Assembly: GCA_037137655.1 (NCBI GenBank)
Contig: JBAXJX010000001.1
Span: 225,188 to 289,187 of the forward strand
Length of the DNA: 64,000 nucleotides
From: Candidatus Falkowbacteria bacterium
GTDB taxonomy: Bacteria; Patescibacteriota; Patescibacteriia; Patescibacteriales; UBA12465
Reading direction: 5' to 3'
Below the pieces are notes generated by a model. The model saw only the letters and a list, made by a program, of their open reading frames with translations, had not been told where the DNA came from and did not search any database. The translations under genes were made by a program, and so were the position numbers. Below, one piece after another: positions 45,565-54,268 of the stretch (position 1 is its first letter; every line of letters starts with the position of its first letter).

Positions 45565-47257
45565 TATTACCAAAATTATAGACGCGTTAAAAAACTGGAC
45601 CAAAAAATTCTGGCCTTATCTTTTAGTTGTGGTCTTAATTGTTTTTCCGTGGTTCGGCCATTCCGGTTACTTGTTTTTTACCGATTATTCCATTGGCCCA
45701 AAAATTAATTTGGATTGGACGAGCTCTTGGTTTCTAATAAATACTTTGTTTAAGTTTTTGTCTTTTATTTTCCCACTTTATTTTTTAGAAAAAATATTTA
45801 TTGCCGCTACTTTGTTTTTTGTTCTACTTGGTGGTCGGAAAATTGTTTTGCTTGTTTCTCCTACTTTAACAAACGGGGAAGAGTTTAAAATTTCGCCGGC
45901 ACTTGTTTTTATTTTGAGCTTGTTTGCGCTCTTTAACCCTGTCGTTTATGATCGCTTGCTTTATGGTCAAATTGGGATTGTAGTGGCTTACGGCGCTTTG
46001 TTGTTTGTGATTGCTTATTTATATCGCGCCGCTTTTACTCTGGAATGGAAGAATTTGTATGGCGCCGCTATATTTAGTGCTTTGGCCTTGATGTTTTCCG
46101 TTCACTTTATTTTTTTCTTGGCACTGTTTTATGTTTTATTTTTTGTTTTATTGATTGGTAAATGTTCAGAAATAAAAGTGACAACCAAACTCTGGCCGTT
46201 ACTGCGAGTTTTAATTGTAAGCTTGCTAATTATTATAATTTTAAACGCCAATTGGTTGATCGCGCTAACAACTGGTGCTTCGGCGACGCTTGGTTTTGTG
46301 GCACAGGGAATTGGTACTCAAGATTTGACGGCTTTTGCTACGGCGGGCGCCACGCCGCTACAAACCTTAACTAACATATTACTCATGGGTGGATTTTGGG
46401 GTGCGGCCCAACACCGTTACATTGATTTTAGTGCTGGTGATTTGTGGGGCTTGGGTTTTATCTTTTTGTTGCCTTTAATTATTTATGGAATTTATATTAG
46501 TTTTAAAAAAGCCGACTATACTCATAAAATTTTAAATAGCGGACTCTTAATTATTTTTATCACGGCGGTTGTTTTGGCACTAGGAATTAAAACTTCATTC
46601 TCTAATTCTATTTCTTTATTTCTTTATAATCATCTACCGTTTTATAAAGGTTTGCGCGAACCGCAAAAATGGGTGGCGGCCATGGTCCCAGTTTATTTAT
46701 ATTTTTTATCTTGGGGCGTGGCTAAATTATCCAGTAAAAAATGGTTGGTAGAAAATGCCGTGGTCGTGGGAATAATTTTGGCAGCTGTTATTATTATCCA
46801 AGCACCACTCTTACTTTTTGGTTTTAATCATCAAGTTCGACCGACTAATTACCCAACGAGTTGGTCTGAAGTCGATCGCTTTCTTTTAAATAGATCGGCC
46901 GATTCTTATGGCTGTTTTGATCAAGTTTTATTTTTGCCATGGCATATGTATATGCATTTTTCCTGGATTGGTAATACTGTGGCCAATCCGGCCTCTGTCT
47001 TTTTTTCTTGTCCGATACTTGTCGGTACAAACATGGAATGGGGTGGGATTTATGATAATAGTTTGGATGCACGCGGGTTGGCGGTGGAAAAATGGTTAAG
47101 CATCCATGGTCAAAATAATTCTTTGCCTAGCACGGTGCGCTATATAATTTTAGCTAAAGAGGTTGATTGGCAAACTTATTCCTGGTTAGATGGTTTGACT
47201 TATGTTAAGCTAATAAAAGATTCTGATAATTTACGTCTTTATGAAATTGATCGCTAA
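45554..47257 (+). CDS. large polytopic membrane protein (GT-C-like candidate)
   Basis: 567 aa, more than 10 TM segments plus a soluble C-terminal domain. Overlaps the neighbouring genes, which suggests translational coupling. Confidence 0.5.
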   Translation: MKNNITKIIDALKNWTKKFWPYLLVVVLIVFPWFGHSGYLFFTDYSIGPKINLDWTSSWFLINTLFKFLSFIFPLYFLEKIFIAATLFFVLLGGRKIVLLVSPTLTNGEEFKISPALVFILSLFALFNPVVYDRLLYGQIGIVVAYGALLFVIAYLYRAAFTLEWKNLYGAAIFSALALMFSVHFIFFLALFYVLFFVLLIGKCSEIKVTTKLWPLLRVLIVSLLIIIILNANWLIALTTGASATLGFVAQGIGTQDLTAFATAGATPLQTLTNILLMGGFWGAAQHRYIDFSAGDLWGLGFIFLLPLIIYGIYISFKKADYTHKILNSGLLIIFITAVVLALGIKTSFSNSISLFLYNHLPFYKGLREPQKWVAAMVPVYLYFLSWGVAKLSSKKWLVENAVVVGIILAAVIIIQAPLLLFGFNHQVRPTNYPTSWSEVDRFLLNRSADSYGCFDQVLFLPWHMYMHFSWIGNTVANPASVFFSCPILVGTNMEWGGIYDNSLDARGLAVEKWLSIHGQNNSLPSTVRYIILAKEVDWQTYSWLDGLTYVKLIKDSDNLRLYEIDR

Positions 47258-48521
47258 AGTTAAAACTCTGTGGGCCGATAATTTTCTGCGCGGGACAATG
47301 TTTTTGTCAGTCGTAAATTTTTTTGGCGCTTTCTTAAATTATTTGGTGCATCCAATTTTGGCGCGTCATTTGTCTGTAGCCCAGTACGGTGATTACCAAG
47401 CGTTATTATCTTTTATAACCCTTTTAGGCTTAATGGCTGGGGTGGTTAGTTGTGTGATTACGCGTGAGGTTTCTAGTATGGTTGATCGCCAGGATCAAAT
47501 TGATGTGTTGCGCCGGAAGATAAATTATTATTTAAGTGGCTTGGGTATTATTATTTTTTTATTGGTACTAGCGGCTGTGCCATTTTTAAATACCGTTTTT
47601 AAAGTTAGTCATGGGGCCGCGCTCGCTTTTGCGTCTTTATTTTTATTATTCTTTTTTCCGCTCACCGTTAACCGTGCCGTGCTTTCCGGTTTGCAAAAAT
47701 TTACCGCCCTTTCTGGTAACACGATTTTAGATCAAATTTCACGTTTGGTTTTAATTGTGCTTTTAGTAATAGTTTGGCCCCTGCAAATTGTGGGTGCCGG
47801 TTTAGCCTTGGGGCTCTCTAGTGTGCCGGCTCTAGCGGTTGGTTTTTGGCAAATTAAAAAATTACAATTACCGAAAGGGCACTACAAATCACCTTATGAT
47901 TTGCGTTCTTTGTGGCGTTATGGTTTATTGGCTATCTTGTTTTCTGTACTACTTCAGTTTTTTTATAATTTTGACATGTTATTTGTGAAGGCCTGGTTTA
48001 GTCCAGAAGAAGCTGGTTTATATGGTGCTCTACTTACTATTGGCCGCATCGCTTATTTTATCGGTGGAGCCGTACCAATGGTTATGTTTCCTGTTGTGGC
48101 TAGTTTTGGTCCATCCGAGGCGATGCGTAAATATAAAACTTTAGGGAAGTCATTGTTACTAATGGCACTTATGATGTTACCGGTCGCCGGAGTAATGATT
48201 TTTTGGCCTAGCTTTGTAATTAACTTTGTGGTTGGCGCAAAATATTTATCGATGGCGCCGTACTTGCCACTATTTACAGCGGTAATTTTTCTCTTAACTT
48301 TTATGACGGTTGTCGGACAATATTATTTAGCCCTCGCTCGACGTAGTGCTTTGTATTTTTTGCTTTCCGGGGCGATATTGGAGATTATTTGTTTGGGAAT
48401 TTTTCATGATAGTTTATATCATTTTATTTGGGCTTTGTTTATCGCCTTTACCATTAACACTTTAGGGTTAATGGTGTTGTTGGGATATGATTATTGGCAT
48501 GACAAAAAATATGAAAAATAA
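47241..48521 (+). CDS. polysaccharide/oligosaccharide flippase (MOP/Wzx family)
   Basis: 426 aa with about 12 TM segments, and an N-terminus typical of polysaccharide biosynthesis proteins. Confidence 0.7.
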   Translation: MKLIAKVKTLWADNFLRGTMFLSVVNFFGAFLNYLVHPILARHLSVAQYGDYQALLSFITLLGLMAGVVSCVITREVSSMVDRQDQIDVLRRKINYYLSGLGIIIFLLVLAAVPFLNTVFKVSHGAALAFASLFLLFFFPLTVNRAVLSGLQKFTALSGNTILDQISRLVLIVLLVIVWPLQIVGAGLALGLSSVPALAVGFWQIKKLQLPKGHYKSPYDLRSLWRYGLLAILFSVLLQFFYNFDMLFVKAWFSPEEAGLYGALLTIGRIAYFIGGAVPMVMFPVVASFGPSEAMRKYKTLGKSLLLMALMMLPVAGVMIFWPSFVINFVVGAKYLSMAPYLPLFTAVIFLLTFMTVVGQYYLALARRSALYFLLSGAILEIICLGIFHDSLYHFIWALFIAFTINTLGLMVLLGYDYWHDKKYEK

Positions 48522-49146
48522 AAAAGCTAAATTAATCTGGTCACATTTTGCGGCGGACGTAAAAAACTTCTTTCCGTTTTTTGCCGGCTTTTATTTATTG
48601 TCATTATTGATTGCTAAATTTTCCATTACCTACAAAGATTTTTTTTATTGGCCAGCTTTTAATGGGGCGGCACTACTATTGTTACTTGTTTATATTGCCA
48701 CGTTTAATCCGTGGTTAAAAATAAAATTTAAAAAGCCAAACTTAAAAATTAATTTTAGCAATCTTAAATTAGCTTTAGAAAATATTTTTTTATTTATTAA
48801 TAAAATATTTTCAAATTTAAAAAGGTTTATTTTGCTTCATTGGCCGACTCACCCACGCTGGTTTTTTACTCGAGTTATTATGATTGCCGGGATACTTATT
48901 TTTTCTTTAATGCATAATATTAGCTTCGTGGATTTTTTAATTTTAGGCTATGCCTTGGTCGCATTTTTATTTGTTGTGGATAATCGTTATGCTGCCGGTG
49001 GAGCATTGGTTTGTTTGGCGATTTGCCCTGTTTTATTATTGATTAAAAATGATGTTTTAGCTGAGTATTTTGCGGTTTATGCTTACTATTTTTTGGTGAT
49101 TACAGTACTGGGCGCGATTATCGAGATGAGGCTCGAAAAGCGCTAA
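48487..49146 (+). CDS. hypothetical membrane protein
   Basis: Multi-TM ORF. The start is uncertain (48487, 48499 or 48508). Confidence 0.5.
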   Translation: MIIGMTKNMKNKKAKLIWSHFAADVKNFFPFFAGFYLLSLLIAKFSITYKDFFYWPAFNGAALLLLLVYIATFNPWLKIKFKKPNLKINFSNLKLALENIFLFINKIFSNLKRFILLHWPTHPRWFFTRVIMIAGILIFSLMHNISFVDFLILGYALVAFLFVVDNRYAAGGALVCLAICPVLLLIKNDVLAEYFAVYAYYFLVITVLGAIIEMRLEKR

Positions 49147-49152
49147 TATTTG

Positions 49153-49181
49153 TTGTTATTTTATCGGCTGAGGTGTATAAT
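49153..49181 (+). promoter_or_regulatory. candidate promoter of the Gly/Tyr-rich secreted protein gene
   Basis: TTGTTA (49153-49158)-N17-TATAAT (49176-49181). Confidence 0.4.
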
Positions 49182-49277
49182 TATTAGATAAAGGTCGAAA
49201 CGTTGATCGATTAAAAGAAACACGTGATTTTTTAATTTGATTAACATTTTAAAAATAAATACAATTGAAAAAAAATT

Positions 49278-50618
49278 ATGACAAAAAAATTGAAAAGTTT
49301 GATGTCAGGTGAAAAAAACGTTTCCAAATTTATTTTTGGCGTTTTAATGCTTGTCGTTTTTTCTCTAGTTTTTGGTCCTAAACTGTACGCTCAATTTGCT
49401 CGTCAAACTGGTGCTGAAGGTTGGGGATATGGTTACGGTTATGGTTACGGTTATGGCGGTGGTTTTGATGGCGGTACAATCGCTGGTCGAAGAACTGCGG
49501 GTAATCCTGATCCAACTGTTTATGAATATAACTATGGTTACGGTAATATCGCTTCTGGCGTTACTTACGATAGTACCAATGGTTATACTGTAAGCCCAGC
49601 TCAAATGAGTTCTTTGGTACAATCTGGTGTTATGATTCCTAACGGAAATAATATTGCTAGTACAACTAAAGTATCTTTTGATCAAAAAGTAAGTTTGGAT
49701 GTAAACAGTAATATTTCTGTTACTATTCCAGCTGGTACTAGTTTAACTGCAGCTTCAGCTGGTGATTTTAGCGCTTTAGCGGCTTCAGATAGTATTTCTA
49801 CTAGTGATCTAACTAACGTTGGTGTTGTTGGCTCTATGTCTTTTGGTTTGCCTAATCTAGGTTTAACTGTTAGCCCAGCCATTACTATCGCTATTAATCT
49901 TGGAACAAGTTACAACGGTAGAACTTTTACTGTTTATCGTAAAGATGCTGGTGGATCTTGGGCTGATTCTGGAACTACTTGTTTAGTGGCTTCTGGTATT
50001 TGTTCATTTACTACTACTCACTTATCATCTTTCGCTGCTGGTACTGCTAGTAGCGGTGGTGGAGGAGGAAATAATGGTGGCGGCAATGGCGGAAACGCAA
50101 TTCCAACTACTGTTACTCCAACTTCAAGTGAAGAAGTGGTAACTACTGGTGTTGAACCAGTGTTGATTTCAGAAAATGTTGGTGATAATTCAGCTTTCAT
50201 TACTATGGAGAAATCTTTAGTGAAGAAAATTAGTGCTGCTTTGTCAGCTCGTTTATCTGGTCGCATCTTATTGCAAGTTGAATCTAAGGGTGAGGCTTGG
50301 TATGTTAATCCATTGAACAAGATGAAATATTTCTTGGGTCGTCCGGCTGATGCTTTTACAATCATGCGTAAGCTTGGTTTAGGTATCTCCAACAAGGACT
50401 TTGCTGGTTTAGCTAAAAATAAAACTTTGCTTAACAAATTGAAGGGTCGTATTATTTTGACTGTTCAATCTCGTGGTGAAGCTTATTATATCAACCCAGT
50501 GACTCTAAAGATCACTTCTTTAGGTCGTCCAGCCGATGCCTTCGCAATTATGCGTGGTGTTGGTTTGGGTGTTACTAATGCTAATTTGAGACAAATTGGT
50601 GTGAGTGAAGCTAAATAG
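49278..50618 (+). CDS. secreted surface protein: GYGYGYGYGGG tract, Gly-rich linker, 2x ~50-aa CPR-type module at the C-terminus
   Basis: N-terminal TM/signal segment, GWGYGYGYGYGGGF, SSGGGGGNNGGGNGGN, then GRILLQVESKGEAWYVNP.. and GRIILTVQSRGEAYYINP.. modules homologous to those in 19475..20971. Confidence 0.7.
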   Translation: MTKKLKSLMSGEKNVSKFIFGVLMLVVFSLVFGPKLYAQFARQTGAEGWGYGYGYGYGYGGGFDGGTIAGRRTAGNPDPTVYEYNYGYGNIASGVTYDSTNGYTVSPAQMSSLVQSGVMIPNGNNIASTTKVSFDQKVSLDVNSNISVTIPAGTSLTAASAGDFSALAASDSISTSDLTNVGVVGSMSFGLPNLGLTVSPAITIAINLGTSYNGRTFTVYRKDAGGSWADSGTTCLVASGICSFTTTHLSSFAAGTASSGGGGGNNGGGNGGNAIPTTVTPTSSEEVVTTGVEPVLISENVGDNSAFITMEKSLVKKISAALSARLSGRILLQVESKGEAWYVNPLNKMKYFLGRPADAFTIMRKLGLGISNKDFAGLAKNKTLLNKLKGRIILTVQSRGEAYYINPVTLKITSLGRPADAFAIMRGVGLGVTNANLRQIGVSEAK

Positions 50619-50633
50619 TTTTTAGCTTTATAT

Positions 50634-50672
50634 AAAATAAAAGACTCCATCTTAGGTGGAGTCTTTTATTTT
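50634..50672. terminator. bidirectional intrinsic terminator
   Basis: AAGACTCCA-7 nt-TGGAGTCTT flanked by an A-run and a T-run. Lies between convergent genes 49278..50618 and mscL. Confidence 0.7.
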
Positions 50673-50684
50673 TAGGAACTTTAT

Positions 50685-51119
50685 TTATTTTATTTCCGAA
50701 GTACAATGCGGACAACGGGTTGCTTTCAAATTAATTTCCATTTGGCAAAAAGGGCAGAGCTTGGTAGTAGCTTCAATTATTTCCGGTCGCTTTAATTTAT
50801 TGATAACCTTAATCATAATAAAGACCGATCCAGCTACCAGTAAAAAGGAAATTACCGCATTTAAAAATAAGCCATAATTTAAGGTGATAGCTCCAGCTTC
50901 TTTGGCGGTTTTTAAAGTGCTGTATGAACCGTCGGATAGGGTAATGAATAAATTAGTGTAGTCAATTTTTCCGAAAATGCGACCAAGTGATGGCATGATA
51001 ACATCGTCAACCATTGATTTGACAATTGCGCCGAAAGCGGCACCGATGATGATACCGACGGCCATGTCGATGGCATTGCCACGGACGGCAAACTCTTTAA
51101 ACTCTTTAAAAAATCTCAT
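50685..51119 (-). CDS. mscL: large-conductance mechanosensitive channel with C-terminal zinc-ribbon tail
   Basis: FKEFAVRGNAIDMAVGIIIGAAFG MscL signature. The last 23 aa are CPFC-x10-CPHC. Confidence 0.9.
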   Translation of the reverse strand: MRFFKEFKEFAVRGNAIDMAVGIIIGAAFGAIVKSMVDDVIMPSLGRIFGKIDYTNLFITLSDGSYSTLKTAKEAGAITLNYGLFLNAVISFLLVAGSVFIMIKVINKLKRPEIIEATTKLCPFCQMEINLKATRCPHCTSEIK

Positions 51120-51134
51120 ATATTGTTTTGTTAA

Positions 51135-52067
51135 TTATAAATAAGTGTTTAATTTTTCCTCAACAGCTCTAATGCTTTTTTTGGTGATAGCTTGTCTGTC
51201 TTCGGACATGGTTTTTATTTCTTTGTCGTTTTTAGCGTAAGCGATGGAGTCTTTGGCGTATTGTAATATTTCTTCATAAAGTGGCTTGGCTTCTTTTTTG
51301 TTTTTTAAATTATCGAGCATGTCAAAAATTGCCTCTTGCCATAAACCTGTATAATCATCCGGTGTGTAGGCGCGATGATAAGTACTGGCATTAATTTCTT
51401 TGCCGATAGGGGAGAATACTCCATTATTAACCGCATTAACATAATCAACTAAATAGCCAGCGCTCATTATTTCGGCTATTTTGGCTAGGTCATCAATGTA
51501 TTTATCTAGTCCCAATCTTTTGTATTCATCGACGATTTTTTTTAGTCCACGGACCAACTCCATAAAGCGATCATCTTCACCGTTTAATGCATATTCGTAT
51601 TTAATTTGGTGGGCAAATTTTTTGGCAATATCACAGATAAATGAAGCTTCGTCGACTGTTAAATCTTCCTTGTTAAAATTTTCTAAAAAGCTAATAAAAT
51701 CATTTTTGTTTTTAAGGTTGATAAGTATTTCACCTTTAGCACCGCCAATATCTGGTGTCACAATTTCACGCTCTTTTGGTGCCGCGGCCGCAATGCCCAT
51801 AGCAGCAAAAGATTTTTTGTGCACAGTATTTATATCCTTAGCTTTTATTTTACGATCAACTGCTTGTTTTAATAATACTAATTCGTATTTTTTTTCGGTA
51901 CTATTTTCTATAGCTTCGATTCTTTCGACGTCCATTTTTATGTAATTCCAATTTTCTTCGGAGTGTTGAGTATCGTAACTTGCGAAATCGCGTTTTATTG
52001 TTAACATCTCACTCACTTTGGGAAATTCTTTGTTTTTTTCAGGGCTATTAGGTAGAGCTTCATGCAT
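51135..52067 (-). CDS. hypothetical protein
   Basis: 310-aa ORF predicted helical and soluble. No recognisable domain. Confidence 0.6.
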   Translation of the reverse strand: MHEALPNSPEKNKEFPKVSEMLTIKRDFASYDTQHSEENWNYIKMDVERIEAIENSTEKKYELVLLKQAVDRKIKAKDINTVHKKSFAAMGIAAAAPKEREIVTPDIGGAKGEILINLKNKNDFISFLENFNKEDLTVDEASFICDIAKKFAHQIKYEYALNGEDDRFMELVRGLKKIVDEYKRLGLDKYIDDLAKIAEIMSAGYLVDYVNAVNNGVFSPIGKEINASTYHRAYTPDDYTGLWQEAIFDMLDNLKNKKEAKPLYEEILQYAKDSIAYAKNDKEIKTMSEDRQAITKKSIRAVEEKLNTYL

Positions 52068-52148
52068 AGTTGTAATTGTTATGTTTGATTAGTGTGTTAA
52101 TTTTATCATAAATTTTGGTAAAAAACAAGTAGTTCGAAGCCTTTACAA

Positions 52149-52177
52149 TTGACATAAGTAGTTTCTTGTGGTATAAT
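52149..52177 (+). promoter_or_regulatory. consensus sigma70 promoter
   Basis: TTGACA (52149-52154)-N17-TGgTATAAT (-10 at 52172-52177). Confidence 0.65.
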
Positions 52178-52215
52178 ATGTACAGTTAATTAAAAAATAA
52201 ATAAATCTTCAGAAA

Positions 52216-52599
52216 ATGGAAAAGATAACTTTTATCGCCGAGTTTGTAAAAACGAACTCTTTTAGCTTCATAGTATTAATGAGCTTGTCTGTAGTTATAA
52301 TGCTAGTGTCTAACTTAATTTTTTTTCGAAAAAAAGCCAAACTACTTGCATTATTCGTAGCTATAATTTCTGTCTTGGTTGCTTCTATTGCCCTAGTTGC
52401 TTTCTATAAATCAATAGATGTTGCAATCCTTGGTGCCACATTTCCGTCTGTCGTGTTAGGTTTTGTAGCTATAGCTATTGTCTTTAGTATGCTTACATTC
52501 TTTGCTATTATCAAACGACTTGAGGAGCGCGAATATTTTTGTGGCAACATACTCTATTACGGGGTAGCGCTACTATCATCTTTTGCTTTACTGTATTAA
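52216..52599 (+). CDS. small 4-TM membrane protein (paralog A)
   Basis: 127 aa. NLIFFRKKAKLL.. is similar to the membrane domain of ORF 52752..53447. Confidence 0.6.
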   Translation: MEKITFIAEFVKTNSFSFIVLMSLSVVIMLVSNLIFFRKKAKLLALFVAIISVLVASIALVAFYKSIDVAILGATFPSVVLGFVAIAIVFSMLTFFAIIKRLEEREYFCGNILYYGVALLSSFALLY

Positions 52600-52630
52600 T
52601 AATTAATGTAAAAAATACATTAATCGCCCT

Positions 52631-52666
52631 AAGCCATGTTATTTAAGATAACATGGCTTTTTTATT
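52631..52666 (+). terminator. intrinsic terminator
   Basis: AAGCCATGTTAT-ttaa-GATAACATGGCTT followed by TTTTAT. Confidence 0.7.
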
Positions 52667-52673
52667 TGTTATA

Positions 52674-52702
52674 TTGACACAATTAGTATTATATTGTAGA
52701 GT
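52674..52702 (+). promoter_or_regulatory. candidate promoter
   Basis: TTGACA (52674-52679)-N17-TAGAGT. Confidence 0.4.
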
Positions 52703-52751
52703 ATTAACAATTAAAAATTTGAACATTCACAATTTAAAAAACTTAGAAATA

Positions 52752-53447
52752 ATGAAAAAAATAAAAATTATTTTGTTGGTGTTAGGCGTGTCATTTGGTG
52801 CTATGTCTCAAACTCGGTTACAGCAAGATGCTGCCGGCAATGTTCGTATTAAGTTGCCAAAACAAACTGATTGGCATGATCTAAATGTTCTTATTGATCC
52901 AGGCGCTGAAAAATACCTCCCCTTTGTTAAAGAGGCAATTAAAAATCCGGGTGATACTATTTTAGTTGATCGCAATCATGAATTTGTATTTATTAAAATG
53001 ATTGGTTTAACTCAACAAAAATCACAAAGAGAAGAGTTGGGCATTGTTTTTGTTGAAAGTGATAATAAAATTATTTGTGTTAGCGGTAAAACTGAAAAAG
53101 TAAGCTTCCCGTGGAGTTTTGTTCTAATGGTGGCATCTTTAGTTTTAATGTTGCTGGCTAATTTTATTTTTTTTCGAAAAAATGCCAAGATTTTATCGTC
53201 AGTTATTGCTCTTGTATCTGCTATAACTATTTTGGCTGCTTTTACGACACTTAATGATGTTAAAATGTTTGGACCTGCTGTGGCTTTCTCATTTGTTCTT
53301 TCTATAATAACTTTATTTGCGTTCTGTTTGGCAACATTTTATGCTGGATGTGGTGCTCTTAATAAAAAACACGTTATTAAATGTGACATTTGCTATATGT
53401 CGGCTGCAATATTTTCTTTTTTATCATTATTTTTTCCAAATTGTTAA
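52752..53447 (+). CDS. membrane protein: signal peptide, ~110-aa ectodomain, 4-TM domain (paralog B)
   Basis: Start at MKKIKIILLVLG (52752), because the track start at 52653 lies inside the upstream terminator. NFIFFRKNAKIL.. is paralogous to 52216..52599. Confidence 0.6.
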   Translation: MKKIKIILLVLGVSFGAMSQTRLQQDAAGNVRIKLPKQTDWHDLNVLIDPGAEKYLPFVKEAIKNPGDTILVDRNHEFVFIKMIGLTQQKSQREELGIVFVESDNKIICVSGKTEKVSFPWSFVLMVASLVLMLLANFIFFRKNAKILSSVIALVSAITILAAFTTLNDVKMFGPAVAFSFVLSIITLFAFCLATFYAGCGALNKKHVIKCDICYMSAAIFSFLSLFFPNC

Positions 53448-53456
53448 TTTCTTTAA

Positions 53457-53490
53457 AGCCACCTTACTTAATGTAACGTGGCTTTTTTAT
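53457..53490 (+). terminator. intrinsic terminator
   Basis: AGCCAC-15 nt-GTGGCT followed by TTTTTAT. Confidence 0.65.
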
Positions 53491-53498
53491 TTGGTCAC

Positions 53499-53527
53499 TT
53501 GACATAAATCCGCCCATCTATTATAAT
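53499..53527 (+). promoter_or_regulatory. consensus sigma70 promoter for rplJL
   Basis: TTGACA (53499-53504)-N17-TATAAT (53522-53527). Confidence 0.65.
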
Positions 53528-53688
53528 AGTCTCATAAATTAAAAAATCGGTTTTGCCATAGACAGCGCGCCTTTTGGGATGCTCCAAAAATAAGTCTCGC
53601 CGAGGTAGAAACAAAAATAAGCAATTATTCTTGTTTTTTCTTCTTTAGTCTGTGGTTACGCCACAGTTTTTTTATATAATTAAAAAAT
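53528..53688 (+). promoter_or_regulatory. L10-leader-like 5' UTR with terminator-type attenuator
   Basis: About 160-nt leader ending in CTGTGG-ttacg-CCACAG plus TTTTTTT (53650-53673), 16 nt before the rplJ ATG. This placement matches L10(L12)4 autoregulatory leaders. Confidence 0.5.
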
Positions 53689-54216
53689 ATGCCGAAAAGC
53701 AAATTACAGAAGCAGGAAATTACCAGAGACATGATCGCTAAGATCGGTCGGGCTAAATCCATCGTTTTTGCTAGCTTTAACGCTTTAACAGTTAAAGACA
53801 ACGAAGAGTTGCGCTTGAAACTTAGAGCGGAGAACAGCGAGTATTACGTAGCGAAAAAAACCCTTCTAAACTTAGCCATGAAAGATGGTAATTTTACTGA
53901 CTTTAACATTAAGAGCTTGGGCGGTAAAGTTGCAGCAGTTTTCTCATACGAAGATGAAGTTGCTCCAGCTAAAATTGTCCATGCCTTCCGTAAGAGCCGC
54001 GAAGACAAAATCGTTTTTGTCGGTGGTATCTTGGAAAATCGCTTTATCAGCAAGGCTGAAGTTGAAAGTCTCGCATTATTGCCAAGCAAGACACAATTAT
54101 ACGGTCAGTTAGTTGGTTCATTAAATGCTCCAATTTCTGGTTTCGTTAACGTGTTATCTGGTAACTTACGTGGACTAGCAACAGTCTTGAAAGCAATCGC
54201 CGATCAAAAGGCTTAA
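53689..54216 (+). CDS. rplJ: ribosomal protein uL10
   Basis: L10-like sequence located upstream of rplL. Confidence 0.95.
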   Translation: MPKSKLQKQEITRDMIAKIGRAKSIVFASFNALTVKDNEELRLKLRAENSEYYVAKKTLLNLAMKDGNFTDFNIKSLGGKVAAVFSYEDEVAPAKIVHAFRKSREDKIVFVGGILENRFISKAEVESLALLPSKTQLYGQLVGSLNAPISGFVNVLSGNLRGLATVLKAIADQKA

Positions 54217-54268
54217 TAAATTTATTAATAATTGAATATCAAATTGATATTCTCTAATTTTCAAAAAT

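Noticed and set aside
49425-49463. Tandem GGTTAY repeats as a possible CRISPR or other non-coding array
   Set aside because: 6-nt units, in frame inside a long ORF, encoding GYGYGY. There are no spacers and nothing CRISPR-like elsewhere in the window.
50656-50877. 73-aa plus-strand ORF
   Set aside because: It starts inside the bidirectional terminator and is antisense to mscL.
52653-52751. Upstream start for ORF 52653..53447
   Set aside because: The ATG lies inside the terminator hairpin of the preceding gene and upstream of the candidate promoter. A typical signal peptide starts at 52752.
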